NCBI RefSeq assembly: GCF_030144855.1
Contig: NC_082722.1
Span: forward strand, 19,406,001 to 19,470,000
DNA: 64,000 nucleotides
Direction of reading: 5' to 3'
Source of the DNA: Hypanus sabinus
Taxonomy: Eukaryota
Positions within the stretch are counted from its first letter, which is position 1. Every line of letters begins with the position of its first letter. Below the pieces are notes generated by a model, which was not told where the DNA came from, searched no databases, and saw nothing but the letters and a program-made list of their open reading frames with translations. A program made the translations under genes and the position numbers. Below, piece by piece: positions 35,357 through 48,900 of this stretch.

Positions 35357-36300
35357 CATAAATATTTCAGCTGAATTTTCATTATTATTTTGGTAAAAGA
35401 ATATGGAGATGTTTTGGAGTAACTCCGACTGCAAAGTAACAGATATTTTTGATACTAAGGGGCAGAATTGATGGGAATATCGCAGCACGCTAGGCTCCAT
35501 CGGCTGAGAGAGAAATCGGGTTAACACTTCATGTTGATATTTTTTTACTCGATCATGAACAGCAATGTTTTGTGTTTTCCTCTCTTCAGAGAAGATTTCT
35601 GACAGGACTAGGATTCCCAATTTTTTTTTGCTTAATTTCGCATTGCAAACTTGGGGAGCGCTAGTTTCCGTTAATATATGCCTTCTTTCCATGATCGACC
35701 TAACTAGATATGTACTGAACACATGGAGGCATGACCCTCCTTCCCCTTCATGCGTCTTTAAATGCATCGCGGAAATACTTTGGGTAAAAGACAACTCTCG
35801 ACATTTTCTCAACATGCTATTTTTCTACCTGGCTCTTATCCCATTAACACGGTTTTTAATACAAGATGGACGAGAACAGCACAGGATTATGACCTGCAGC
35901 AAAGCTGTGTGTCGCAACGCGATGTCAAATCAAAATAAATGTTTACCAGCTGCGTATGATCTGTACCTCGTGTGCCGATTCAAAATCTTCTTTGGTACGG
36001 TATCTTCTTCTGATTTCACCTGCTTTAAAGATCAACTCCTGCGAGTAAGATACGCCTAAACCCAGGTGCTCCTGCATTTTATGCGAATTGAAGTCTTTGG
36101 ATCAATTTGGCACGCCTTTTTTGCGTGTCCGTATGAAAGAAAAATCATTCCGGTTAAGTGAAAGGGCAGGACTTTCAATTATTTCTCAAATGTATTTTTA
36201 CCTCGTCTTAGTCTGGAACACGTTAAGGTCATCAAATAACAATCTAATACTCGGTGATACGAAACAGATATTATTTCATGTAACCTATGAATTCTGATAT
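35341..36300. repeat. Segmental duplication unit, copy 1 (paralog at 58182-59150)
   Basis: Collinear similarity over about 1 kb, including the same CR1 junction cagcctctcgtgatag and blocks such as acatggaggcatga, aaagacaactctcgac, aagtgaaagggcagga, tagtctggaacacgttaa. Confidence 0.9.
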
Positions 36301-38789
36301 AATTTAAACCACCTTCACTTTGGAAGATTTAGTCTAATACACTTAAAAGTTATACCAAAATCAAAGGGCTACATTATCCGGATGCGCGGAAATCATCGTC
36401 CATTTTGTAAAAGTAGTTGCTCATTCAAGTAATCAGAAAGCAAAAATTGTTCACACATCCCCCACCCACTAGATCAAGTTTACATTGCCTTTTAAAATGT
36501 AAGTTGTTCAATATTTAATGTTCTCAAAAAATGACTCAGGAATAAATATAAGCTATTTAGTTGTTCTTACAAACATTGTTTAGTGCAGTTATCTGAAGAA
36601 TGAACATGCCGTAGAATCATTAAGTATAGACGCCGCAGCCCAGCTTCAGAAACATTTAACTGACAGAAGCAGGCTTTCAAAAAAATCCTCTTTTAAACTT
36701 GTTTCCCTTATCTTAAAGGCCAAATGAGCTGTCTGCAACATACATGTTTCTGATAGGCGCAGTCTTTGACCATAAATTTTCCATGATGTCACCAATAGAC
36801 TCGCGAGTACATTTCTATTCTCAGAGAATGTCTCAGTTTCCATAAGCGCACACTATAATTAAATTCTTGTTAAACTGGTATGTTAATTTAAACCTCTATT
36901 CCAAACAACTTTTTATAGAAAACTTACACAAGCTCGCATGCAAACATTCGCATCTGCGCATTACAAACAGTAAGTTCGCATATATCTAGTTTGAGAGGAT
37001 CTGACACTACATCAGAATAGCACATAATAATATAATCTGATAGCATTTCACATGGGCAGTGGAAATAGGAAACGGAAAGATCCAGGCAGGCACGGGTACA
37101 CATATTTAAATATTTTATTATGTTAATTTAAATACTTGGACTCATGGTTCACGGATGTGGGGTCTGAACTTGGGTCTCCAGTAACACAATTCATTGCACG
37201 TATTCCGAACATTCAATATTCAAGAGTCAGCAATCTGTACCAATTTTCACTTATCTTTTATTTATTTATTTACTTATCTACTTTATTAGGCCACTGAATA
37301 TGCATTGAAAATTGAATTTTAATCTCTGTTTCGCACTTTACGGCAATCCATAAAGCTCCTGATCTCCGCAGGTTAAATGATCCGCGAGATGAGTACACCA
37401 TTTCGAAGAACATTCATCTGCTGATGCGCATGGCATGGAACGATTGTTGGGTGGTGATGCTAGATATAGATTCTGGAGGACGATCAGCAAAAACACTACA
37501 GCTATCAGTTCTGAAATCTAACAAATAAAGGACAGGGATAATGGGAGCCATTACAGGAGAAGTGAAAGGCAGATGTAACCAGGGGCAGATTGAGGACAGA
37601 GAATAATTTGTGTGAAATGTGTGTGGGATGAATGGATGGAGGTAGGAGGAGGAGGTGACGAACTCGGGTGCGTAGGAGCTCAGGTAAGTGTGGATACGGT
37701 TAAACTTACAACAGCAAACTCGTTGTGTAATTTCCTGGCTCCAGATGTCAGCTACAAAATGCCAACCTTGATTGAAAAGGCCTTGATGTATGACCAGAAA
37801 GATAGGCTATGCTGCAGCAAGGTACAATGAATTGGTTTAGCCAAACTTGCGAACTACTTTGATCATTTTCTTGGAAGGACTACAGCGAAGCCTTTCTAAA
37901 TTGAGTCAAGCAACATCTATGGAGTAAAGTGGAAGGTCGACTCTTCTGGACTAGACTTGATCAGGACTGGAAAGAAAGAGGAAAGTTAGCCAGTATTAAA
38001 AGGTCGTGAAACAGTTGGAGCAAGAATTGGAGAGTAATAGGTGGAGCCAGGTGAGGATGTGATAGGCAGTTAAAGGGTCGAGATTAAATGTGATCCATCA
38101 GGCTGGTCGTGATAGATGGAAGCAACAAAGACTGAAGAAATTAGAATATTTCAGCAGTGTGGAAAGCCATTCTTTTACACGCATGAACAACTCTCGATCA
38201 TATGACATATTACAGTTGCACCCAACATTTCCCAAGATGTTACCCGCGTCAGTAGCACACTTATAAATATTTAGTATGCTAATTGCACGTAAACTCCAAG
38301 ATCACGAGCTTCAAATGGTAGAGTGCACAACGTTGACTTCTCAAAGCAGTTTAGTCACTATCATACTACTTTGCTTTTTCAGCTTTCTGCTAAATCGCTA
38401 TGGTCGTCATTTTCTGTTCATCATTCGTCCCCCTGCATGCTCACAAATAACATGGAAGCTTAACCGGTCTGACATACTCCCCCTCGATCATGGCTGATCC
38501 AATTACATTTTTTCAGTCCACGCTTCCTTTTTCCACTGCATGTCATATCGGTATGCTGAATTCCTCTTTCATTTTGAGTGTGTTGCTTGGATTTCTAGCA
38601 TCTGCAGATTTTCTCTTGTTCATTTCGGTATTAGGTAGGATGACATTGTCACTATTCAGTTGCTTTCTAAAGATCTCCAGCGATTTATTGTTATGAGTTT
38701 GGTCTTATAAGTTAAAAGGCTGGATCAATGAAGAAAATCATTACTTTAAATAATTAATTAAGGAAGTTTCAAAAAACTAATTAATGCTA

Positions 38790-40480
38790 CAGATCTAGAA
38801 GATTCTGAGTGCGAGCAGGAAGGAGCTTAAGAATGAAATTAGGGGAGCCAGAAGAGGCCATGAGAAGGCCTTGGCGAGCGAGATTAAAGAAAATCCCAAG
38901 GCATTGTACAAGTATGTGAAGAGCAAGAGGATAAGTTGTGAGAGAATAGGACCAAATAAGTGTAAAGTGGAAAAGTGTGTATGGAACCGGAGGAGATAGC
39001 AAAAGTATGTAATGAATACTTTGCTTCAGTATTCACTACCAAAATGGATCTTGGCGATTGCAGGGATGACTTACAGTGGATCAAAAAGCTTGACCATATA
39101 TTCATTAAGGAAGAGAATTTGCAGGAGCTTTTCGAAAGCCTCAAGTTGGATAAGGCTCAGGGTTCGAACGAGACAGGTTCCAGAGGATTAATGGGTGGCA
39201 GATGTTGTTCCCTTATTCAAGAAATGGAACAGAGATAGCCCAGGAAATTATAGACCAGTGACTCTTAGTTGTAGGATGGTAAGTTGATGGAAAAGATCCT
39301 GAGAGGCAGAATTTACGAACATTTGGAAAGGCATCATATGATTAGGTATTGCCAGCTTGGCTTTGTCAAAGCAGGTCGTGCTTTACGAGCTTGATTGCAT
39401 TTCTTGAGGATGTGACTAAATACATGAATCAATGTAGTGCAGTATATGGATATATATTTTCATATTCTGCATGGAAGTCGGTGTTCAGTGGTGTGCCTCA
39501 GGAATACTTCTGGTCTGGGACCCCTTCTTTTCGTGATTTTTATAAATGACCTAGATGAGGAAGTGAAGGGATAGGTTAATAATTTTGCACATGCCAAAAA
39601 TTTTGGGGTGTTGTGGACAGAGTTCAGGATTCTACAGCGGGATATCAATAGGATTCAAAACTGGGCTGAGCGCAGCAAATGGAGTTCAAAACAGATAGGC
39701 GTGTGGTGCTTCACTTTGGTAGGTCAAATATGATAGCAGAATATACTATTAATGGTAAGACTCGTGGAGGTGTAGAGGATCAGAGGGATCGTGGGGTCCA
39801 AGTCCATTCGACAGTCAAGCTGCTGCGCAGGTTGACTCCGGTGTTAAGAAGGCATACGGTGCATTGACCTTAATCAACCCCATGGGATTGAGTTTAAGAG
39901 CTGAAGGGCATTGTCACAGCTATATTGGACCCCTGTGAGACCCCACTAAGAGTACTATGTTCAGTTCTGGTCACCTCACTACAGGAAGGATGTGGAAACT
40001 ATAGAAAAGTGCAAAGGAGATGTTCGCTGGATTGGGGAGCATGCCGTATGAGAAGAAGTTGCGTGAACTCGACCTTTTCTCTTTAGATCGGCGGAGGATG
40101 TGAGGCATATAAGATGATGGAGATGTATTAGATGATGAGAGTCATTGATTATGTTCATAGCCAAAGGCTTTTTCTCAGGATTGAAATGGCTAACATGAGA
40201 GTGCACAGCTTTACGGTGCTTGGAAGTAGGTACAGAGGAGATGCCAGGGTTAAGTTTTATTTTGCACAGAGAGTGGTGAGTGCGTGAAACAGTCTACTGC
40301 CAATGGTGGTGGAGTCCGATACAATAGAGTTGTTTAGGAGTCTCCTTTAACAGATACAAGGGGCTTAGAAATATAGAGGACTCTGGGTAATCGTAGGTAA
40401 TTTCTATAGTAAGTACAAGTTAGGCACAGCATTGTGGGCTGAAGGGACTTTATATTCTCTAGATTTCCTATGTTTCTAAC
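38790..40480 (+). mobile_element. Decayed CR1 ORF2
   Basis: NPKALYKYVKSKR, CNEYFASVFT, MEF..D...VLHFGRSN; tail tatgtttcta. Confidence 0.88.
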
Positions 40481-40789
40481 TTTGCGTTCCTTCTGTTTGA
40501 TTTTTTATGATATTTTGTCAGACTGGCGTATCGGCACAGGCCAACTTGCCAGGTTATTAGTAGAACTCAGTTATTACTGAAGCAGATGGACTCCTCGGTG
40601 AGATTAAACGAGATTTGCAGGGAAACATGCTTTTGTTAAATTAATTTATGAATGACAGCGATGATCTGTTGGACCTATTCTAGTGTTTGACAGTGTTTTA
40701 TATCAAGGTTGGGAGCCAAGAATTATACGATACGTTATAGTATTGGCTGAATGCAAAACTCAGCCGCTGCCTGGATTAGGTTTACATAG

Positions 40790-41410
40790 AAACATAGAAA
40801 GCCTAAAGCACAATATATGCCCTTCGGCCTACAATGCTGTGCCGAACATGTACTTTCTTTAGTAATTAAATAGGGTTACCCATAGCCCTCTATTTTACTA
40901 AGCTCTATGTACCTACCCAGGAGTCTCTTAAATGTCCCTATTGTATCCACCCCCACCTCCGTCTCCCACAGCTTATTCCACGCACGCACAACTCTGTGTA
41001 AAAAGCTTACCCCTGACATCTCCTCTGTACCAGCTCCAGCTTCCAAGCAGCATAAACCATCTCACTGACTATCTGACCATCTGACTATCTACACGATGAA
41101 TGTCTATCATCATCTTATATATCTCTATCAGGTCACCTCTCTTCCTCCGTTGCTCCAAAGAAATAAGGTCGAGTTCACTCAACCTATTCTCATAAGGTAT
41201 GTTCACCAATCCAGGCAACAAACTGGTAAATTTCCTCAGCACCCATTTTATAATTTGCACACGCTTCCTGTAATGAGGTGACTAGAACTGAGCACTGCAC
41301 TCCAAGTGGGGTCTGACCAGGCGCCACTATAGCTGTAATATTACCGCTCGGCTCTAGAACTCAAGAGCACTGTTGATGAAGGCCAATGCCTTCTTAACCA
41401 CAGATTCAAC
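40790..41410 (-). mobile_element. CR1 3' fragment
   Basis: catagaaacatagaaa tail; YENRLSELDLISLEQRRKRGDLIE (41069-41260). Confidence 0.85.
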
Positions 41411-41419
41411 CAGCGCAGT

Positions 41420-41747
41420 TGAAAAAGATAAAAAGTTTTAAGATTAGGTTTACGTGTCACATATGCATCGAAATATCCAGAAAAAAACTGTGTTAAAATC
41501 AAATCACCGAGGATAAGCTAGGCGGCCTGCAAATGTTGCTACGCATCTGGCCCAAGGATAGCATGCCCACAAACCATCAACCTTAACTGTCGGTCTCTGG
41601 AATGTGGGTGGACGCCGGAGCACCCGGATGAAACCCAGGACTCCATGGGAAGAACATACAAACTCCTTACAGACAGCGGCGGAAATCAAACCCTCATCTT
41701 ATAGCTGGTGCTGATTTGTTGTAACCACTAAGCTAATGTGTTGCCGC
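41420..41747 (-). mobile_element. tRNA-derived SINE
   Basis: Minus strand has A-box-like tagcttagtgg and B-box-like ggtttgattt, followed by gtaaggagtttgtatgttct...gggtttcatccgggtgctccgg. Confidence 0.75.
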
Positions 41748-41757
41748 AAAAGAACTC

Positions 41758-42457
41758 TTACAGAAAGACATAAGGTGCATCCAGCTCAACCATCGCTTCA
41801 GAATATACTGTACCTGAGAATCGTGAGTAGTTGAAGTAAATTGAGCGTTTGCACCAATGATCGATGACTTCCTCTGCGACAGACAGTATCACCTCGGTGT
41901 TACCTGACAGAGATGCTCAGTGCTGATCCAGCTGCCCTTAACTATATGGCTCAATACAATTTCCTGCGCTATTTAATTAGGTTGTATTTACAAAATATAC
42001 GGTGATGCTTGGGAAGAATCAATTTCATTAGATAATTATTCTGCAATTGGAGCTAGGTGCAATGTTAACATTAATCTATATAATACCTCCAAGATGTGCA
42101 TATACCATTGCAAACGAGACCGAAGGTTTCGAACAGGGTAGAATATACAGTATATTCCATAAATAGTGGAGAACACAATGGGACGAAGCAGGTGATTGTG
42201 ATCGATGTCTCATTTTCAGTGGCGAGGGGAAAGGAATGAGAACAAAACACTTACAAGAGGTGTATTCGGGTCATTCGGTGGTCGGAGCGGCTGGTAGTTA
42301 ACAGGGAGGTCTGCCAGAAGATTAACAGAGAGAAACTGGAGAGAAACAGCATCGATGGTGGTAAATATGTAAGGCTGAAAAGGTAAAAGACGAATCTGCC
42401 CGGAGCAGCAGCTGAACATACATTGCCTCCCAGGCAGCATATAACTCTGCTTTGTTC
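41758..42457 (-). other. Cluster of small candidate cytoplasmic-tail exons with Tyr motifs (42457-42422, 42310-42255, 42157-42106, 41813-41758)
   Basis: Three have canonical acceptors (ttcttttctgtttgcaaag, ctctgttaatcttctggcag, actcacgattctcag); donors AAT|GTATGT, CTT|GTAAGT, ATG|GTATAT. Phase-compatible reading GTKQSYMLPGRQ-YLPVNYQPLRPPNDPNTPL-EYTVYSTLFETFGLVCN-GTVYSEAMVELDAPYVFL-stop. The third segment has TG where AG is needed. Confidence 0.4.
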
Positions 42458-42999
42458 CTTTGCAAACAGAAAAGAATATCACTATCCAGATCCAAAATCT
42501 GGGACGCAAATTCACAGTAGAACTTAATGTAATATTTATCCAGTCACCATATACACGATTGTAACAGAATTAGGCAATTCGCAGAGAGAATCTGCATTCC
42601 ATCTCTTCACAAGACTCAAAGGACTGCGCTTCTTCATGAATATGGAATAATCATTTCGGATTTCTATGTTCTGTAAAAACAACCATCAAGCTCTGTGAGA
42701 TGAACACTCAACCGATCGGAATCTATACACGTGAAGGAGGGAAAACGAAACGATGTGGTTCTGTAAAGAAAGTATTGTCTGTCCAGCAATGTAATTGGTG
42801 GAAACGCACATAATTCGCAACAACCGATACTGAGTTGGGATTCACTTCAAGAGGCAAGTCTATGACAACGTAATTAAACAAAGTTGTTATTAACGCCCAT
42901 TGTATTCAACGTCTGGCTTCAATAAATGAGTTATTACGGTTTTTCTTACATTTAAAGCGCCTCCGCCATTTTTATTTGAGAACATTTACAGAGGTGACT

Positions 43000-43960
43000 C
43001 CGATGCTCTAGGACGATTCCAGTGTTGTAGAACATGTCGACTAACGCAGTCCCTTTGAACCTGTCGGAGTTCTTGCAAAATGTCATTGCTTGGTTTGCAC
43101 AAGCCGAGGCCCAACTCGCATTGCGAGAAATTTTCACCGACGACAAGAAGTTCTACAATGCGCTTGCTTTACACAGCAACGCCACGTTTGCGACAGGGAG
43201 TCTACCAATACACATGTCTGAACGCGGTGAACACCGGTGACTGTAAACTCAGCTTCTACAGACTTTTCTACCATCTGAATCTGGGCGCGGAAACAATTGT
43301 TCTCCATTGCCGTCCTCTGGGATGCTAAGCCGTCTGAGCTCATGGACCACTTGCTCCCCCTTCTAGGAAATCAGCAAAATTGTCTCATTTTTAAAGAATT
43401 CTTCATGCAGCAAATTCCTGATCAAGTTCGAATAGCTCTGGCTAATGCACCCGTGAACTACCATAGGAAGCTTGCTAAAACGGCTGGTAGTCCACACTCA
43501 GCCAGCTAGCGATGCATCAATGCTCCTCCTTTCCCTGCCTCAATAATCTCCATCTGCAAGGCTTCCAACAAACGAACGGCCGCAGCTGCGAAACAGATAG
43601 CTCCAGGTCTGTATTCTTTCCTCGCTCGCTTTAAGACGAATGATAGGAAGTGCCCACAGCTTTGCAACTGCGACTGTGCCAGCGCATCGAGACATTAGAG
43701 GTCGGGGAACACCCTGTGCTTCAGCTCCCTGGAAAGTCCACTGCTCGTTACGGACAACCTTTCGGGGCGACGGTGCCGGTGTGCCACGCCTGCTCAAATG
43801 AGTGTGCTGGCAGGATCGGCTATTGATGAGAAGGCAAAGAGCGACGTTGAAGGCCGCCAAGTAGGCGATATTACACATAGAATTCGTCACAGCTAAAATG
43901 GATATACCCCAGCTCCGTGCAGATTTCCTGTATTTCCAGAGACTGTTAGTCGACAACCTC
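43000..43960 (+). mobile_element. Gypsy gag-region remnant
   Basis: WFAQAEAQLALREI..D.KFY and DAKPSELMDHLL.LLG, related to the gag at 10924. Confidence 0.72.
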
Positions 43961-44020
43961 GATCCAGGTTTAATCGTGGCGAATGCTCCTGCGTCAGCGA
44001 ATTAGACCCGCAGGAAGAAT

Positions 44021-45821
44021 TTAACCTCTACATACCGTTCAGAGTTTAAATTTTCCCAGTATTGTCAGGATCAACTTTGACCCTGGCTCAAGAATCCTCC
44101 TATAACAAGTGTCAATATCAAATTTTGAACGACTAATCTATTTACAATGACAAGATAGCCTAACTGACATTAATAAAAGTGTGATTACTCCTTAATTAAG
44201 GTATCAGTGATGAGGGATAGTGTTTTTGTAGGTTTTACACCACTCATGTTAGGAGAAATAAACATACACTGTTACACAATATCATGTTCTATTTTACCTA
44301 AGACATGAAAACATAACAGCTGTAAAGAATTAAATATATTTTATTGAAACTGATAATGTCAAGAAAATTCTGGAACTGTGGGGTTCATTATATAGCCATC
44401 ATTATATAACAATCTGTTACCATTACAACCAGCAAACAGCGTCTCAACGCTATATCATACACAAATCATACTAGCTTCTATCTAATTATACGTATTAACT
44501 ATTACTTCTACTTTAAATAACCTTTGAACAAGAAACTAAACAAAAACGTAGTTGCTATTTGCAAACCGGTATTTGCATTCAAAGCAGTAGCGGGAAACCT
44601 TGCGTGTGGGGCCCTTACATATGAGTCTACCATATTTGCTGTACGTAGTGTATGTTTTGCAGTCCTTTTTTGCAGGGCAGAAGTTGCATCTCCTTCTCTT
44701 TTGCCCCCTCCCCTGTTTTGGCTTCTTGTGGGACTTGTTGAGCATGGCCAGGTTCATATTGCTGCACTGCCCTTACCACTGCTGCTGAGAATGCTGCGCC
44801 GGGAAGGTGTTCTCGCCTTTGCAAAGAAGGAGTCATAAGGGCCTTTCCAAGCTGCTCCAAAAAGAACTTCCCCAGGTTTCTCCTGCTTGCCCTCTAGGCA
44901 GAGCTTAGGTCAGTCCAGATAACAAAGGCATTGTATGTAGAAATGTCAATAATGTTATGCAGCTGTATGTGCCTGTGACTTTGTCAAGGCTGTCAACCCC
45001 CCCCCCCCCCCCCCCCGCCGCCCCAATTTGTTGGCATCGTATTCCAGGATGATGGCTGGATTTCTGTCCCCCTGATGGCTGAATTCTGCAGCCTTATATA
45101 AAGTGCTCATAGGGATCACATTTTTGGTCTTCTTTGCTATATACGACACAACTGTGGCGACATGGGTGAACACCAAACATAGAAGCCACCTTCTTTCAGT
45201 CAGAGCAGGTGACTGGTCCGGCTTGTTACACCTTACGGTTGTGATTTTCTTTTTCAAGAGCGCCCGACCAAGCTCATGAGACGTGAAGATGTCGTCACAG
45301 GTCATGTAGTGTCCTTACAGCCCTTCTGTCATGTCCAACACGATGCGCATGCCTTGCCTTCTTTCTGGGCCTCCCACAGATGGCTTCCCAGGAGAGCAGG
45401 AAAGTAGATAAAATGACAAATGCATGTGATACAGCCTGTCCTGTGGGTCCTGGAGTCTTTCGAATGACATTTTCCATCGCCATCCTGCCCGCAGCCTCAT
45501 ATGCAAGTGGGGAACAGCAAATACTGTTGTCATTAGATATAAATAACTTCCTTGATTCCTCCTCCTCTCTCTCAGAGTCATCGTCGTCTGAGGGGCTGTA
45601 ACCAGAGTCTTCTTCCGTGTAGTCCTCCTGCTCTGAAAGTTCCTCATCCAATTCGCTGTCTGGGTGTTCAGCTTCAGTGTTGCAAAAATTATAGCACCTG
45701 CAGAAAAGATTATTATTTTTTTTAATGTCTTGTTTGCACATTTTAGGTAACTTTAGGAAAAGTCATAAGATTTCGGCTAGAAAACCGGCGTTAAGGGTGT
45801 TTTCACCGCGTCAAAGGTTAA
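44021..45821 (-). mobile_element. Decayed, internally deleted piggyBac (PGBD4-like) DNA transposon
   Basis: Acidic N-terminus, ENVIRKTPGPT, catalytic-region TCDDIFTSHELG.ALLKKK, C-terminal RRCNFCPAKKDCKT; TTAA at 45818-45821 after tcaaagg. The left boundary is uncertain (TTAA at 44021, or ataa-cctttga at 44517). Confidence 0.8.
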
Positions 45822-45999
45822 AAAGTGTCAAAGTTGAACCGAACAGTATGTCAGGATTAAAAGGAGATCGTTTGTTCTTCGGCGGTTTGATCGAGGAACG
45901 ACTGCGCAGGAGCATGGCAGTAAGCGAGTTAAAACGACGAGAAGAATTTTTAAAGGAAGACAGCTTTATAGAGCGGGTGTTAAAGTAGGAGGACTTTGG

Positions 46000-48900
46000 A
46001 TCAACGGGTCTTCGGCGATAACGTTTCGAGGTAAATTGCTTGTGAAGAATAGGAATAGGAAGTACGTGTGTCAGGCTGGTGTTCTGTACTGAGTGTCAGA
46101 TGTGGAATGTCCGGCAGATTCCCAGCCTACCGGACGGTCACATCTGCGCCAGGTGCGTCCCCGACCTGATTAGGGATCTGGAGATGCGGCTAGATGACCT
46201 TCGTCTGGTCAGGGAAGGAGAGGAGGAGGCAGAGAGAAGCTATAGCCAAGTAGCCTCACCGGGGCCGAGGGAGACAGATAGGTGGGTAACAGTCAGGATC
46301 GAGAAGAGCAGAAGTCAAAGGCTAGAGATACAGCTATGGCTGTGCCCCTTATGAAAATGTACTACTGTTTGACTACCGTTGGAGAGAACGACGTAACTGC
46401 GGAAAGGTACAGTGGCAGTGGCCTCTGGCACAGAGTCTGGCCCTGTGGCTAACAATGGTAGGCAAAGGAAAAGGATGGCAGCAGTGATATGGGACTCTAT
46501 AGTTAAGAGGTGGGTGATCTACCGGCGATTCTGTGTACGTAGGAAAGAAACACGGATGGCAGATTGCCTCCCAGGACCCGGGATGTTTCTGATCGCGTCC
46601 ACATTATCCTGAAGTAGGAATGTGAAAAGCCAGAAGTCTTGCTGCATATTGCTAACGACAACATAGGTAGGAAAAGGGAGGAGGTTCTGAAAACACACTA
46701 TAGGGAGTTAGGAAGGAAGTTGAGAAGCAGGATCTCAAAGGTAGCAATCTCGGGAGTAATGCCTGTGCCACGTGCCAGTGATTATAGGAATAGAATGAGG
46801 CAGAGGATATTGCGTGGCTGAGGAACTGGAGCAGGGGGAAGAGATTCAAATTTCATTGAGACTTCGTTATGGGCAGCAGTGACCTGTTCAAAAAGATAGG
46901 TTGCTCGTGTTTCCGAGTGGGTTGAATATTCTGGCAGGGTGGTTTGCTAGGATTATTGGTGAGAGTTTAAACCAGGAATGCTGGTGTTGTGAAACGAACT
47001 GAAGAGACAGGAGAAGGGGAGGTTGGCTCACAAATCGATAAAAAAGTTGTAGATGGTATGAGATGAAGTATTGGCAGGTGATTGAGAAGGGATACGCTCA
47101 TACTGATAGTTTGAGATGTGTCTTCTTTAATTGAAGGAGTATCATGAACAACGCGGATGAGCTTAGAGAGTGGATCTGTACTTGGAGCTATGATGTTGTA
47201 GCCATTACAGAGACTTCAATAGCTCAAGGGCAGGAATAATTACTTCGAATGCCAGGCTTTAGATGCTTTAGAAAGGACAGGAAGAGGGGCAAAAGAAGTG
47301 GGGGCGTGGCACTGCCGGTCGGATATCGTGTCACGGCAGCAGAAATGGAGGAAGTCATGGAGCGATTGTCTAATGAGTCTCTGTGGGTGGAAGTTAGGAA
47401 CACAAAGGAGTCAATAAAGGGATGTTTTTTTCTATAGGCTATCCAATAGTGACAGGGACATGGAGGAGCAGATAGCGAGACAGATTCTGGAAAGGTGTAA
47501 TTATAACTGGGTTGTCGTGCTGGGAGATTTTAATTTACCCCATATCCATTTGCATCTCTCTAGAGCGAAGGTTTTAGATAGGGTAGAGTTTTTTTGGTGT
47601 GTTCAGGAATGTTTGCTGACACAATATGTAGATAATCCTACAAGAGGAGAAACTGCACTTGAACTGATATTAGAAAATGAACTCGGTTAGCTGTCAGGTC
47701 TCTCAGTGGGAGAGGATCTTGGAGATAGTGATCACAATTCCATCTCCTTTACCATAGCATTGGAGAGGGATAGGAACAAACAAGTTAGGTAAGTGTTTAA
47801 TTGGAGTAATGGAAAATATGAAGCTATCAGGCAGGAACTTGGAACCATAAATTTGGAACAGATTTTCTCAGAGAAATGTACAGCAGAAATATGGTAAATG
47901 TTCAGAGGATATTTGCATGGGGTTCTGCATCGATACATTCCGATGACACAGGGAAATGATTTTAGGGCACAGGAAACATAATGCACAATGGTTGTTGAAT
48001 ATATAGTCAAGAAGGAAAGAAAGGCTTACAAAAGATTCAAAAAACTAGTTAATGATAGAAATCCAGAAAATAATAAGCCGAGCAGGAAGGAGCTGAAGAA
48101 TGGAATTAGGAAAGGCAGGAGGGGCCATTAGAAGGCCTTGACTAGCCGGATTAATGAAAACCGCAAGGCATTCTACAAGTATGTGAAGAGCAAAAGGAAC
48201 AGACATGAGAGAATTTGACCAATGAACTGTGACAGCGGAAAAGTGTGTAGTGAACCGGAGGGGGCAGCGAAGGTACTTAATGAACACTTTGCTTCAGTGT
48301 TCATTACAAAAAGGACGTTGGCGATTATAGGGATGACTTACAGTAGATTGAAAAGCGTAAGCACTGACATATTATGAAAGAGGACGTGCTGGAGCTTTTG
48401 GAAAGCATCGTCGAATATGTCACGAGGACCAGACGAGATATATCCCAGTAGCGTAGAAGGCGAGCGGGGAGTTCGCTTAGCCTCTTGCAATGATCTTTGC
48501 ATCATCATTGGGGACAGGAGAAGTTCCCGATGAATGAAGAGTTGCAGGTGCTGTTTCCTTATTCAAGAAAGGGAGTCGAGATTGCCCAGGAAATTATATA
48601 CCAGTGAGTCTTACTTCAATGGTTGGTATGTTGATGGTAAAGATCCTGAGAAACGGGATTTTTCAACATTTGGAGAGCAATAATGTGTTTAGGAATAGTC
48701 AGCATGGCTTTGTCAAAGACTAGTCGTGCCTTACGAGTCTGATTGATTTTTTTCAGGATGTGACTCAATACATTGATGAAGGTAGAGCAGTAGAAGTAGT
48801 CTATATGGATTTCAGCAAGAAATTTGACAAGATACCACATGCAAGTCTTATTCAGAAAATAAGGAGGCATGGGATCCAGGTTGACCTTGCTATGTGGATC

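Noticed and set aside
35336-35815. MHLKT and TTGSFAGG words (the latter in the 58-kb paralog) suggested a Mab-21/cGAS-like nucleotidyltransferase
   Set aside because: No acidic DxD motif after the GS word, and the MHLKT frame is not kept in the paralog.
41690-41747. tRNA-like A and B boxes
   Set aside because: SINE head; no cloverleaf or acceptor stem.
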